Both the position numbers and the translations under genes were made by a program. DNA of 64,000 bases from Auanema rhodensis (lineage: Eukaryota > Animalia > Nematoda), in the NCBI GenBank assembly GCA_964057225.1, contig OZ059894.1, positions 22,444,001 through 22,508,000 of the forward strand. The letters are read 5' to 3'. Each line of letters starts with the position of its first letter. Positions within the stretch are counted from its first letter, which is position 1. The notes beneath the pieces are model-generated. The model worked only from the letters and a program-made list of their open reading frames with translations. It made no database searches and was not told the DNA's origin. Shown one piece after another: positions 1 to 12,700 of the stretch.

Positions 1-16
1 AGTGCATTCGATGCGG

Positions 17-67
17 ATTTTTAAGCTGCGTCGATCTGTGTTATCAGATTTGCGCTAGCTTAAAAAT
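17..67. other. 51-nt imperfect inverted repeat (hairpin/cruciform-capable), present in every monomer
   Basis: ATTTTTAAGCT (17-27) is the exact reverse complement of AGCTTAAAAAT (57-67). Inner pairs are GCG 28-30/CGC 53-55 and ATCTG 34-38/CAGAT 45-49, closing a 6-nt loop TGTTAT. Confidence 0.9.
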
Positions 68-84
68 GCACCGAGATATCAACT

Positions 85-106
85 GATATAAGTTCACACT
101 TATATC
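85..106. other. 9-bp perfect inverted repeat with 4-nt loop, present in every monomer
   Basis: GATATAAGT-TCAC-ACTTATATC; an overlapping dyad ATATCA-AC-TGATAT lies at 76-89. Confidence 0.9.
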
Positions 107-217
107 CTCGATTTTCACCCTGAAGAATTAATTTTTTCGTTGAATAACATTGTCCATCGTCTTTGCCTTGAAAAATGGAATCTAAAAACATCTACTTTTT
201 GCTATATTATTTTGAAA

Positions 218-229
218 TTTTTCGAAAAA
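218..229. other. 12-bp palindrome TTTTTCGAAAAA inside a larger imperfect dyad (210-242)
   Basis: Read directly from the sequence; flanked by TTTTGA (210-215) and TCAAAA (237-242). Confidence 0.9.
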
Positions 230-256
230 ATTTTTGTCAAAATGTTTTTGGAAGCA

Positions 257-284
257 ATGTTGAGTGTACATGGAAACTCAACAT
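257..284. other. 9-bp inverted repeat with 10-nt loop (8 bp in m257T monomers)
   Basis: ATGTTGAGT-GTACATGGAA-ACTCAACAT; an alternative pairing is AGTGTA 263-268/TACACT 284-289. Confidence 0.85.
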
Positions 285-702
285 ACACTAATGCATCATT
301 TTTCAAACGATCATAACTAATTTTTGTATCAAGCGTTTCTCAATGTAGTTTAGTGCATTCGATGCGGATTTTTAAGCTGCGTCGATCTGTGTTATCAGAT
401 TTGCGCTAGCTTAAAAATGCACCGAGATATCAACTGATATAAGTTCACACTTATATCCTCGATTTTCACCCTGAAGGAATAATTTTTTCGTTGAATAACA
501 TTGTCCATCGTCTTTGCCTTGAAAAATGGAATCTAAAAACATCTACTTTTTGCTAAATTATTTTGAAATTTTTCGAAAAAATTTTTGTCAAAATGTTTTT
601 GGAAGCAATGTTGAGTGTACATGGAAACTCAACATACACTAATGCATCATTTTTCAAACGATCATAACTAATTTTTGTATTAAGCGTTTCTCAATGTAGT
701 AT

Positions 703-3700
703 AGTGCATTCGATGCGGATTTTTAAGCTGCGTCGATCTGTGTTATCAGATTTGCGCTAGCGTAAAAATGCACCGAGATATCAACTGATATAAGTTCACA
801 CTTATATCCTCGATTTTCACCCTGAAGAATTAATTTTTTCGTTGAATAACATTGTCCATCGTCTTTGCCTTGAAAAATGGAATCTAAAAACATCTACTTT
901 TTGCTAAATTATTTTGAAATTTTTCGAAAAAATTTTTGTCAAAATGTTTTTGGAAGCATTGTTGAGTGTATATGGAAACTCAACATACATTAATGCATCA
1001 TTTTTCAAAGGATCATAACTAATTTTTGTATTAAGCGTTTCTCAATGTAGTATAGTGCATTCGATGCGGATTTTTAAGCTGCGTCGATCTGTGTTATCAG
1101 ATTTGCGCTAGCTTAAAAATGCACCGAGATATCAACTGATATAAGTTCACACTTATATCCTCGATTTTCACCCTGAAGAATTAATTTTTTCGTTGAATAA
1201 CATTGTCCATCGTCTTTGCCTTGAAAAATGGAATCTAAAAACATCTACTTTTTGCTAAATTATTTTGAAATTTTTCGAAAAAATTTTTGTCAAAATGTTT
1301 TTGGAAGCAATGTTGAGTGTACATGGAAACTCAACATACACTAATGCATCATTTTTCAAACGATCATAACTAATTTTTGTATCAAGCGTTTCTCAATGTA
1401 GTTTAGTGCATTCGATGCGGATTTTTCAGCTGCGTCGATCTGTGTTATCAGATTTGCGCTAGCTAAAAAATGCACCGAGATATCAACTGATATAAGTTCA
1501 CACTTATATCCTCGATTTTCACCCTGAAGGAATAATTTTTTCGTTGAATAACATTGTCCATCGTCTTTGCCTTGAAAAAAGGAATCTAAAAACATCTACT
1601 TTTTGCTAAATTATTTTGAAATTTTTCGAAAAAACTTTTGTCAAAATGTTTTTGGAAGCATTGTTGAGTGTACATGGAAACTCAACATACACTAATGCAT
1701 CATTTTTCAAACGATCATAACTAATTTTTGTATTAAGCGTTTCTCAATGTAGTATAGTGCATTCGATGCGGATTTTTAAGCTGCGTCGATCTCTGTTATC
1801 AGATTTGCGCTAGCTTAAAAATGCACCGAGATATCAACTGATATAAGTTCACACTTATATCCTCGATTTTCACCCTGAAGGAATAATTTTTTCGTTGAAT
1901 AACACTGTCCATCGTCTTTGCCTTGAAAAAAGGAATCTAAAAACATCTACTTTTTGCTAAATTATTTTGAAATTTTTCGAAAAAATTTTTGTCAAAATGT
2001 TTTTGGAAGCATTGTTGAGTGTACATGGAAACTCAACATACACTAATGCATCATTTTTCAAACGATCATAACTAATTTTTGTATTAAGCGTTTCTCAATG
2101 TAGTATAGTGCATTCGATGCGGATTTTTAAGCTGCGTCGATCTCTGTTATCAGATTTGCGCTAGCTTAAAAATGCACCGAGATATCAACTGATATAAGTT
2201 CACACTTATATCCTCGATTTTCACCCTGAAGGAATAATTTTTTCGTTGAATAACATTGTCCATCGTCTTTGCCTTGAAAAAAGGAATCTAAAAACATCTA
2301 CTTTTTGCTAAATTATTTTGAAATTTTGGAAAAAATTTTTGTCAAAATGTTTTTGGAAGCATTGTTGAGTGTACATGGAAACTCAACATACACTAATGCA
2401 TCATTTTTCAAACGATCATAACTAATTTTTGTATCAAGCGTTTCTCAATGTAGTTTAGTGCATTCGATGCGGATTTTTAAGCTGCGTCGATCTGTGTTAT
2501 CAGATTTGCGCTAGCTTAAAAATGCACCGAGATATCAACTGATATAAGTTCACACTTATATCCTCGATTTTCACCCTGAAGGAATAATTTTTTCGTTGAA
2601 TAACACTGTCCATCGTCTTTGCCTTGAAAAAAGGAATCTAAAAACATCTACTTTTTGCTAAATTATTTTGAAATTTTTCGAAAAAATTTTTGTCAAAATG
2701 TTTTTGGAAGCATTGTTGAGTGTACATGGAAACTCAACATACACTAATGCATCATTTTTCAAACGATCATAACTAATTTTTGTATTAAGCGTTTCTCAAT
2801 GTAGTATAGTGCATTCGATGCGGATTTTTAAGCTGCGTCGATCTCTGTTATCAGATTTGCGCTAGCTTAAAAATGCACCGAGATATCAACTGATATAAGT
2901 TCACACTTATATCCTCGATTTTCACCCTGAAGGAATAATTTTTTCGTTGAATAACACTGTCCATCGTCTTTGCCTTGAAAAAAGGAATCTAAAAACATCT
3001 ACTTTTTGCTAAATTATTTTGAAATTTTTCGAAAAAATTTTTGTCAAAATGTTTTTGGAAGCATTGTTGAGTGTACATGGAAACTCAACATACACTAATG
3101 CATCATTTTTCAAACGATCATAACTAATTTTTGTATTAAGCGTTTCTCAATGTAGTATAGTGCATTCGATGCGGATTTTTAAGCTGCGTCGATCTGTGTT
3201 ATCAGATTTGCGCTAGCGTAAAAATGCACCGAGATATCAACTGATATAAGTTCACACTTATATCCTCGATTTTCACCCTGAAGAATTAATTTTTTCGTTG
3301 AATAACATTGTCCATCGTCTTTGCCTTGAAAAATGGAATCTAAAAACATCTACTTTTTGCTAAATTATTTTGAAATTTTTCGAAAAAATTTTTGTCAAAA
3401 TGTTTTTGGAAGCATTGTTGAGTGTATATGGAAACTCAACATACATTAATGCATCATTTTTCAAAGGATCATAACTAATTTTTGTATTAAGCGTTTCTCA
3501 ATGTAGTATAGTGCATTCGATGCGGATTTTTAAGCTGCGTCGATCTGTGTTATCAGATTTGCGCTAGCTTAAAAATGCACCGAGATATCAACTGATATAA
3601 GTTCACACTTATATCCTCGATTTTCACCCTGAAGAATTAATTTTTTCGTTGAATAACATTGTCCATCGTCTTTGCCTTGAAAAATGGAATCTAAAAACAT

Positions 3701-6700
3701 CTACTTTTTGCTAAATTATTTTGAAATTTTTCGAAAAAATTTTTGTCAAAATGTTTTTGGAAGCAATGTTGAGTGTACATGGAAACTCAACATACACTAA
3801 TGCATCATTTTTCAAACGATCATAACTAATTTTTGTATCAAGCGTTTCTCAATGTAGTTTAGTGCATTCGATGCGGATTTTTCAGCTGCGTCGATCTGTG
3901 TTATCAGATTTGCGCTAGCTAAAAAATGCACCGAGATATCAACTGATATAAGTTCACACTTATATCCTCGATTTTCACCCTGAAGGAATAATTTTTTCGT
4001 TGAATAACATTGTCCATCGTCTTTGCCTTGAAAAAAGGAATCTAAAAACATCTACTTTTTGCTAAATTATTTTGAAATTTTTCGAAAAAACTTTTGTCAA
4101 AATGTTTTTGGAAGCATTGTTGAGTGTACATGGAAACTCAACATACACTAATGCATCATTTTTCAAACGATCATAACTAATTTTTGTATTAAGCGTTTCT
4201 CAATGTAGTATAGTGCATTCGATGCGGATTTTTAAGCTGCGTCGATCTCTGTTATCAGATTTGCGCTAGCTTAAAAATGCACCGAGATATCAACTGATAT
4301 AAGTTCACACTTATATCCTCGATTTTCACCCTGAAGGAATAATTTTTTCGTTGAATAACACTGTCCATCGTCTTTGCCTTGAAAAAAGGAATCTAAAAAC
4401 ATCTACTTTTTGCTAAATTATTTTGAAATTTTTCGAAAAAATTTTTGTCAAAATGTTTTTGGAAGCATTGTTGAGTGTACATGGAAACTCAACATACACT
4501 AATGCATCATTTTTCAAACGATCATAACTAATTTTTGTATTAAGCGTTTCTCAATGTAGTATAGTGCATTCGATGCGGATTTTTAAGCTGCGTCGATCTC
4601 TGTTATCAGATTTGCGCTAGCTTAAAAATGCACCGAGATATCAACTGATATAAGTTCACACTTATATCCTCGATTTTCACCCTGAAGGAATAATTTTTTC
4701 GTTGAATAACATTGTCCATCGTCTTTGCCTTGAAAAAAGGAATCTAAAAACATCTACTTTTTGCTAAATTATTTTGAAATTTTGGAAAAAATTTTTGTCA
4801 AAATGTTTTTGGAAGCATTGTTGAGTGTACATGGAAACTCAACATACACTAATGCATCATTTTTCAAACGATCATAACTAATTTTTGTATCAAGCGTTTC
4901 TCAATGTAGTTTAGTGCATTCGATGCGGATTTTTAAGCTGCGTCGATCTGTGTTATCAGATTTGCGCTAGCTTAAAAATGCACCGAGATATCAACTGATA
5001 TAAGTTCACACTTATATCCTCGATTTTCACCCTGAAGGAATAATTTTTTCGTTGAATAACACTGTCCATCGTCTTTGCCTTGAAAAAAGGAATCTAAAAA
5101 CATCTACTTTTTGCTAAATTATTTTGAAATTTTTCGAAAAAATTTTTGTCAAAATGTTTTTGGAAGCATTGTTGAGTGTACATGGAAACTCAACATACAC
5201 TAATGCATCATTTTTCAAACGATCATAACTAATTTTTGTATTAAGCGTTTCTCAATGTAGTATAGTGCATTCGATGCGGATTTTTAAGCTGCGTCGATCT
5301 CTGTTATCAGATTTGCGCTAGCTTAAAAATGCACCGAGATATCAACTGATATAAGTTCACACTTATATCCTCGATTTTCACCCTGAAGGAATAATTTTTT
5401 CGTTGAATAACACTGTCCATCGTCTTTGCCTTGAAAAAAGGAATCTAAAAACATCTACTTTTTGCTAAATTATTTTGAAATTTTTCGAAAAAATTTTTGT
5501 CAAAATGTTTTTGGAAGCATTGTTGAGTGTACATGGAAACTCAACATACACTAATGCATCATTTTTCAAACGATCATAACTAATTTTTGTATTAAGCGTT
5601 TCTCAATGTAGTATAGTGCATTCGATGCGGATTTTTAAGCTGCGTCGATCTCTGTTATCAGATTTGCGCTAGCTTAAAAATGCACCGAGATATCAACTGA
5701 TATAAGTTCACACTTATATCCTCGATTTTCACCCTGAAGGAATAATTTTTTCGTTGAATAACATTGTCCATCGTCTTTGCCTTGAAAAAAGGAATCTAAA
5801 AACATCTACTTTTTGCTAAATTATTTTGAAATTTTGGAAAAAAATTTTTGTCAAAATGTTTTTGGAAGCATTGTTGAGTGTACATGGAAACTCAACATAC
5901 ACTAATGCATCATTTTTCAAACGATCATAACTAATTTTTGTATTAAGCGTTTCTCAATGTAGTATAGTGCATTCGATGCGGATTTTTAAGCTGCGTCGAT
6001 CTCTGTTATCAGATTTGCGCTAGCTTGAAAATGCACCGAGATATCAACTGATATAAGTTCACACTTATATCCTCGATTTTCACCCTGAAGGAATAATTTT
6101 TTCGTTGAATAACATTGTCCATCGTCTTTGCCTTGAAAAATGGAATCTAAAAACATCTACTTTTTGCTAAATTATTTTGAAATTTTTCGAAAAAATTTTT
6201 GTCAAAATGTTTTTGGAAGCAATGTTGAGTGTACATGGAAACTCAACATACACTAATGCATCATTTTTCAAACGATCATAACTAATTTTTGTATTAAGCG
6301 TTTCTCAATGTAGTATAGTGCATTCGATGCGGATTTTTAAGCTGCGTCGATCTGTGTTATCAGATTTGCGCTAGCGTAAAAATGCACCGAGATATCAACT
6401 GATATAAGTTCACACTTATATCCTCGATTTTCACCCTGAAGAATTAATTTTTTCGTTGAATAACATTGTCCATCGTCTTTGCCTTGAAAAATGGAATCTA
6501 AAAACATCTACTTTTTGCTAAATTATTTTGAAATTTTTCGAAAAAATTTTTGTCAAAATGTTTTTGGAAGCATTGTTGAGTGTATATGGAAACTCAACAT
6601 ACATTAATGCATCATTTTTCAAAGGATCATAACTAATTTTTGTATTAAGCGTTTCTCAATGTAGTATAGTGCATTCGATGCGGATTTTTAAGCTGCGTCG

Positions 6701-9700
6701 ATCTGTGTTATCAGATTTGCGCTAGCTTAAAAATGCACCGAGATATCAACTGATATAAGTTCACACTTATATCCTCGATTTTCACCCTGAAGGAATAATT
6801 TTTTCGTTGAATAACATTGTCCATCGTCTTTGCCTTGAAAAAAGGAATCTAAAAACATCTACTTTTTGCTAAATTATTTTGAAATTTTGGAAAAAATTTT
6901 TGTCAAAATGTTTTTGGAAGCATTGTTGAGTGTACATGGAAACTCAACATACACTAATGCATCATTTTTCAAACGATCATAACTAATTTTTGTATCAAGC
7001 GTTTCTCAATGTAGTTTAGTGCATTCGATGCGGATTTTTCAGCTGCGTCGATCTGTGTTATCAGATTTGCGCTAGCTAAAAAATGCACCGAGATATCAAC
7101 TGATATAAGTTCACACTTATATCCTCGATTTTCACCCTGAAGGAATAATTTTTTCGTTGAATAACATTGTCCATCGTCTTTGCCTTGAAAAAAGGAATCT
7201 AAAAACATCTACTTTTTGCTAAATTATTTTGAAATTTTTCGAAAAAACTTTTGTCAAAATGTTTTTGGAAGCATTGTTGAGTGTACATGGAAACTCAACA
7301 TACACTAATGCATCATTTTTCAAACGATCATAACTAATTTTTGTATTAAGCGTTTCTCAATGTAGTATAGTGCATTCGATGCGGATTTTTAAGCTGCGTC
7401 GATCTCTGTTATCAGATTTGCGCTAGCTTAAAAATGCACCGAGATATCAACTGATATAAGTTCACACTTATATCCTCGATTTTCACCCTGAAGGAATAAT
7501 TTTTTCGTTGAATAACACTGTCCATCGTCTTTGCCTTGAAAAAAGGAATCTAAAAACATCTACTTTTTGCTAAATTATTTTGAAATTTTTCGAAAAAATT
7601 TTTGTCAAAATGTTTTTGGAAGCATTGTTGAGTGTACATGGAAACTCAACATACACTAATGCATCATTTTTCAAACGATCATAACTAATTTTTGTATTAA
7701 GCGTTTCTCAATGTAGTATAGTGCATTCGATGCGGATTTTTAAGCTGCGTCGATCTCTGTTATCAGATTTGCGCTAGCTTGAAAATGCACCGAGATATCA
7801 ACTGATATAAGTTCACACTTATATCCTCGATTTTCACCCTGAAGGAATAATTTTTTCGTTGAATAACATTGTCCATCGTCTTTGCCTTGAAAAATGGAAT
7901 CTAAAAACATCTACTTTTTGCTAAATTATTTTGAAATTTTTCGAAAAAATTTTTGTCAAAATGTTTTTGGAAGCAATGTTGAGTGTACATGGAAACTCAA
8001 CATACACTAATGCATCATTTTTCAAACGATCATAACTAATTTTTGTATTAAGCGTTTCTCAATGTAGTATAGTGCATTCGATGCGGATTTTTAAGCTGCG
8101 TCGATCTGTGTTATCAGATTTGCGCTAGCGTAAAAATGCACCGAGATATCAACTGATATAAGTTCACACTTATATCCTCGATTTTCACCCTGAAGAATTA
8201 ATTTTTTCGTTGAATAACATTGTCCATCGTCTTTGCCTTGAAAAATGGAATCTAAAAACATCTACTTTTTGCTAAATTATTTTGAAATTTTTCGAAAAAA
8301 TTTTTGTCAAAATGTTTTTGGAAGCATTGTTGAGTGTATATGGAAACTCAACATACATTAATGCATCATTTTTCAAAGGATCATAACTAATTTTTGTATT
8401 AAGCGTTTCTCAATGTAGTATAGTGCATTCGATGCGGATTTTTAAGCTGCGTCGATCTGTGTTATCAGATTTGCGCTAGCTTAAAAATGCACCGAGATAT
8501 CAACTGATATAAGTTCACACTTATATCCTCGATTTTCACCCTGAAGAATTAATTTTTTCGTTGAATAACATTGTCCATCGTCTTTGCCTTGAAAAATGGA
8601 ATCTAAAAACATCTACTTTTTGCTAAATTATTTTGAAATTTTTCGAAAAAATTTTTGTCAAAATGTTTTTGGAAGCAATGTTGAGTGTACATGGAAACTC
8701 AACATACACTAATGCATCATTTTTCAAACGATCATAACTAATTTTTGTATCAAGCGTTTCTCAATGTAGTTTAGTGCATTCGATGCGGATTTTTCAGCTG
8801 CGTCGATCTGTGTTATCAGATTTGCGCTAGCTAAAAAATGCACCGAGATATCAACTGATATAAGTTCACACTTATATCCTCGATTTTCACCCTGAAGGAA
8901 TAATTTTTTCGTTGAATAACATTGTCCATCGTCTTTGCCTTGAAAAAAGGAATCTAAAAACATCTACTTTTTGCTAAATTATTTTGAAATTTTTCGAAAA
9001 AACTTTTGTCAAAATGTTTTTGGAAGCATTGTTGAGTGTACATGGAAACTCAACATACACTAATGCATCATTTTTCAAACGATCATAACTAATTTTTGTA
9101 TTAAGCGTTTCTCAATGTAGTATAGTGCATTCGATGCGGATTTTTAAGCTGCGTCGATCTCTGTTATCAGATTTGCGCTAGCTTAAAAATGCACCGAGAT
9201 ATCAACTGATATAAGTTCACACTTATATCCTCGATTTTCACCCTGAAGGAATAATTTTTTCGTTGAATAACACTGTCCATCGTCTTTGCCTTGAAAAAAG
9301 GAATCTAAAAACATCTACTTTTTGCTAAATTATTTTGAAATTTTTCGAAAAAATTTTTGTCAAAATGTTTTTGGAAGCATTGTTGAGTGTACATGGAAAC
9401 TCAACATACACTAATGCATCATTTTTCAAACGATCATAACTAATTTTTGTATTAAGCGTTTCTCAATGTAGTATAGTGCATTCGATGCGGATTTTTAAGC
9501 TGCGTCGATCTCTGTTATCAGATTTGCGCTAGCTTAAAAATGCACCGAGATATCAACTGATATAAGTTCACACTTATATCCTCGATTTTCACCCTGAAGG
9601 AATAATTTTTTCGTTGAATAACATTGTCCATCGTCTTTGCCTTGAAAAAAGGAATCTAAAAACATCTACTTTTTGCTAAATTATTTTGAAATTTTGGAAA

Positions 9701-12700
9701 AAATTTTTGTCAAAATGTTTTTGGAAGCATTGTTGAGTGTACATGGAAACTCAACATACACTAATGCATCATTTTTCAAACGATCATAACTAATTTTTGT
9801 ATCAAGCGTTTCTCAATGTAGTTTAGTGCATTCGATGCGGATTTTTAAGCTGCGTCGATCTGTGTTATCAGATTTGCGCTAGCTTAAAAATGCACCGAGA
9901 TATCAACTGATATAAGTTCACACTTATATCCTCGATTTTCACCCTGAAGGAATAATTTTTTCGTTGAATAACACTGTCCATCGTCTTTGACTTGAAAAAA
10001 GGAATCTAAAAACATCTACTTTTTGCTAAATTATTTTGAAATTTTTCGAAAAAATTTTTGTCAAAATGTTTTTGGAAGCATTGTTGAGTGTACATGGAAA
10101 CTCAACATACACTAATGCATCATTTTTCAAACGATCATAACTAATTTTTGTATTAAGCGTTTCTCAATGTAGTATAGTGCATTCGATGCGGATTTTTAAG
10201 CTGCGTCGATCTCTGTTATCAGATTTGCGCTAGCTTAAAAATGCACCGAGATATCAACTGATATAAGTTCACACTTATATCCTCGATTTTCACCCTGAAG
10301 GAATAATTTTTTCGTTGAATAACATTGTCCATCGTCTTTGCCTTGAAAAAAGGAATCTAAAAACATCTACTTTTTGCTAAATTTTTTTGAAATTTTTCGA
10401 AAAAATTTTTGTCAAAATGTTTTTGGAAGCAATGTTGAGTGTACATGGAAACTCAACATACACTAATGCATCATTTTTCAAACGATCATAACTAATTTTT
10501 GTATTAAGCGTTTCTCAATGTAGTATAGTGCATTCGATGCGGATTTTTAAGCTGCGTCGATCTGTGTTATCAGATTTGCGCTAGCGTAAAAATGCACCGA
10601 GATATCAACTGATATAAGTTCACACTTATATCCTCGATTTTCACCCTGAAGAATTAATTTTTTCGTTGAATAACATTGTCCATCGTCTTTGCCTTGAAAA
10701 ATGGAATCTAAAAACATCTACTTTTTGCTAAATTATTTTGAAATTTTTCGAAAAAATTTTTGTCAAAATGTTTTTGGAAGCATTGTTGAGTGTATATGGA
10801 AACTCAACATACATTAATGCATCATTTTTCAAAGGATCATAACTAATTTTTGTATTAAGCGTTTCTCAATGTAGTATAGTGCATTCGATGCGGATTTTTA
10901 AGCTGCGTCGATCTGTGTTATCAGATTTGCGCTAGCTTAAAAATGCACCGAGATATCAACTGATATAAGTTCACACTTATATCCTCGATTTTCACCCTGA
11001 AGAATTAATTTTTTCGTTGAATAACATTGTCCATCGTCTTTGCCTTGAAAAATGGAATCTAAAAACATCTACTTTTTGCTAAATTATTTTGAAATTTTTC
11101 GAAAAAATTTTTGTCAAAATGTTTTTGGAAGCAATGTTGAGTGTACATGGAAACTCAACATACACTAATGCATCATTTTTCAAACGATCATAACTAATTT
11201 TTGTATCAAGCGTTTCTCAATGTAGTTTAGTGCATTCGATGCGGATTTTTCAGCTGCGTCGATCTGTGTTATCAGATTTGCGCTAGCTAAAAAATGCACC
11301 GAGATATCAACTGATATAAGTTCACACTTATATCCTCGATTTTCACCCTGAAGGAATAATTTTTTCGTTGAATAACATTGTCCATCGTCTTTGCCTTGAA
11401 AAAAGGAATCTAAAAACATCTACTTTTTGCTAAATTATTTTGAAATTTTTCGAAAAAACTTTTGTCAAAATGTTTTTGGAAGCATTGTTGAGTGTACATG
11501 GAAACTCAACATACACTAATGCATCATTTTTCAAACGATCATAACTAATTTTTGTATTAAGCGTTTCTCAATGTAGTATAGTGCATTCGATGCGGATTTT
11601 TAAGCTGCGTCGATCTCTGTTATCAGATTTGCGCTAGCTTAAAAATGCACCGAGATATCAACTGATATAAGTTCACACTTATATCCTCGATTTTCACCCT
11701 GAAGGAATAATTTTTTCGTTGAATAACACTGTCCATCGTCTTTGCCTTGAAAAAAGGAATCTAAAAACATCTACTTTTTGCTAAATTATTTTGAAATTTT
11801 TCGAAAAAATTTTTGTCAAAATGTTTTTGGAAGCATTGTTGAGTGTACATGGAAACTCAACATACACTAATGCATCATTTTTCAAACGATCATAACTAAT
11901 TTTTGTATTAAGCGTTTCTCAATGTAGTATAGTGCATTCGATGCGGATTTTTAAGCTGCGTCGATCTCTGTTATCAGATTTGCGCTAGCTTAAAAATGCA
12001 CCGAGATATCAACTGATATAAGTTCACACTTATATCCTCGATTTTCACCCTGAAGGAATAATTTTTTCGTTGAATAACATTGTCCATCGTCTTTGCCTTG
12101 AAAAAAGGAATCTAAAAACATCTACTTTTTGCTAAATTATTTTGAAATTTTGGAAAAAATTTTTGTCAAAATGTTTTTGGAAGCATTGTTGAGTGTACAT
12201 GGAAACTCAACATACACTAATGCATCATTTTTCAAACGATCATAACTAATTTTTGTATCAAGCGTTTCTCAATGTAGTTTAGTGCATTCGATGCGGATTT
12301 TTAAGCTGCGTCGATCTGTGTTATCAGATTTGCGCTAGCTTAAAAATGCACCGAGATATCAACTGATATAAGTTCACACTTATATCCTCGATTTTCACCC
12401 TGAAGGAATAATTTTTTCGTTGAATAACACTGTCCATCGTCTTTGACTTGAAAAAAGGAATCTAAAAACATCTACTTTTTGCTAAATTATTTTGAAATTT
12501 TTCGAAAAAATTTTTGTCAAAATGTTTTTGGAAGCATTGTTGAGTGTACATGGAAACTCAACATACACTAATGCATCATTTTTCAAACGATCATAACTAA
12601 TTTTTGTATTAAGCGTTTCTCAATGTAGTATAGTGCATTCGATGCGGATTTTTAAGCTGCGTCGATCTCTGTTATCAGATTTGCGCTAGCTTGAAAATGC

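Larger units (their letters stand above)
1..351 (+). repeat. Representative 351-bp monomer (phase arbitrary)
   Basis: Hand count gives 53 G + 58 C = 31.6% GC, many A/T tracts and 12 CpG. The main dimorphic sites are m38 G/C, m126-128 AAT/GAA, m150 T/C, m176 T/A, m178 G/A, m257 A/T, m330 C/T and m350 T/A. Confidence 0.97.

Noticed and set aside
17-67. Rho-independent terminator or Helitron 3' end (hairpin plus CTAG)
   Set aside because: There is no gene context, and the CTAG (55-58) lies inside the stem rather than downstream of it.
135-151. CENP-B box-like TTCGTTGAA (also TTCGATGCGG at 7-16)
   Set aside because: Only the TTCG....A half of NTTCGNNNNANNCGGGN matches and CGGG is absent. The second site has the wrong spacing.
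1-351. Tandem RNA gene unit (5S rRNA, tRNA, snRNA, spliced leader)
   Set aside because: I recognise no such sequence, tRNA arm motifs or Pol III A/B/C boxes. An Rfam cmscan would be the decisive test.
1-351. Assignment to a known ~350-360-bp satellite (Drosophila 1.688/359-bp, tenebrionid beetle satellites)
   Set aside because: Only size and AT content are similar, and I cannot confirm sequence homology without a search.
1-351. Internal ~175-bp dimeric substructure or strict 10-bp A-tract phasing
   Set aside because: The two halves do not align convincingly by eye. Only short A/T-tract motifs are shared, and tract spacing is irregular.
1356-1595. 79-aa minus-strand ORF (7 copies)
   Set aside because: It is open only in monomers where SNPs remove stop codons, and closed in about 175 copies. 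There is no recognisable domain or gene context. It is useful only as an HOR marker.
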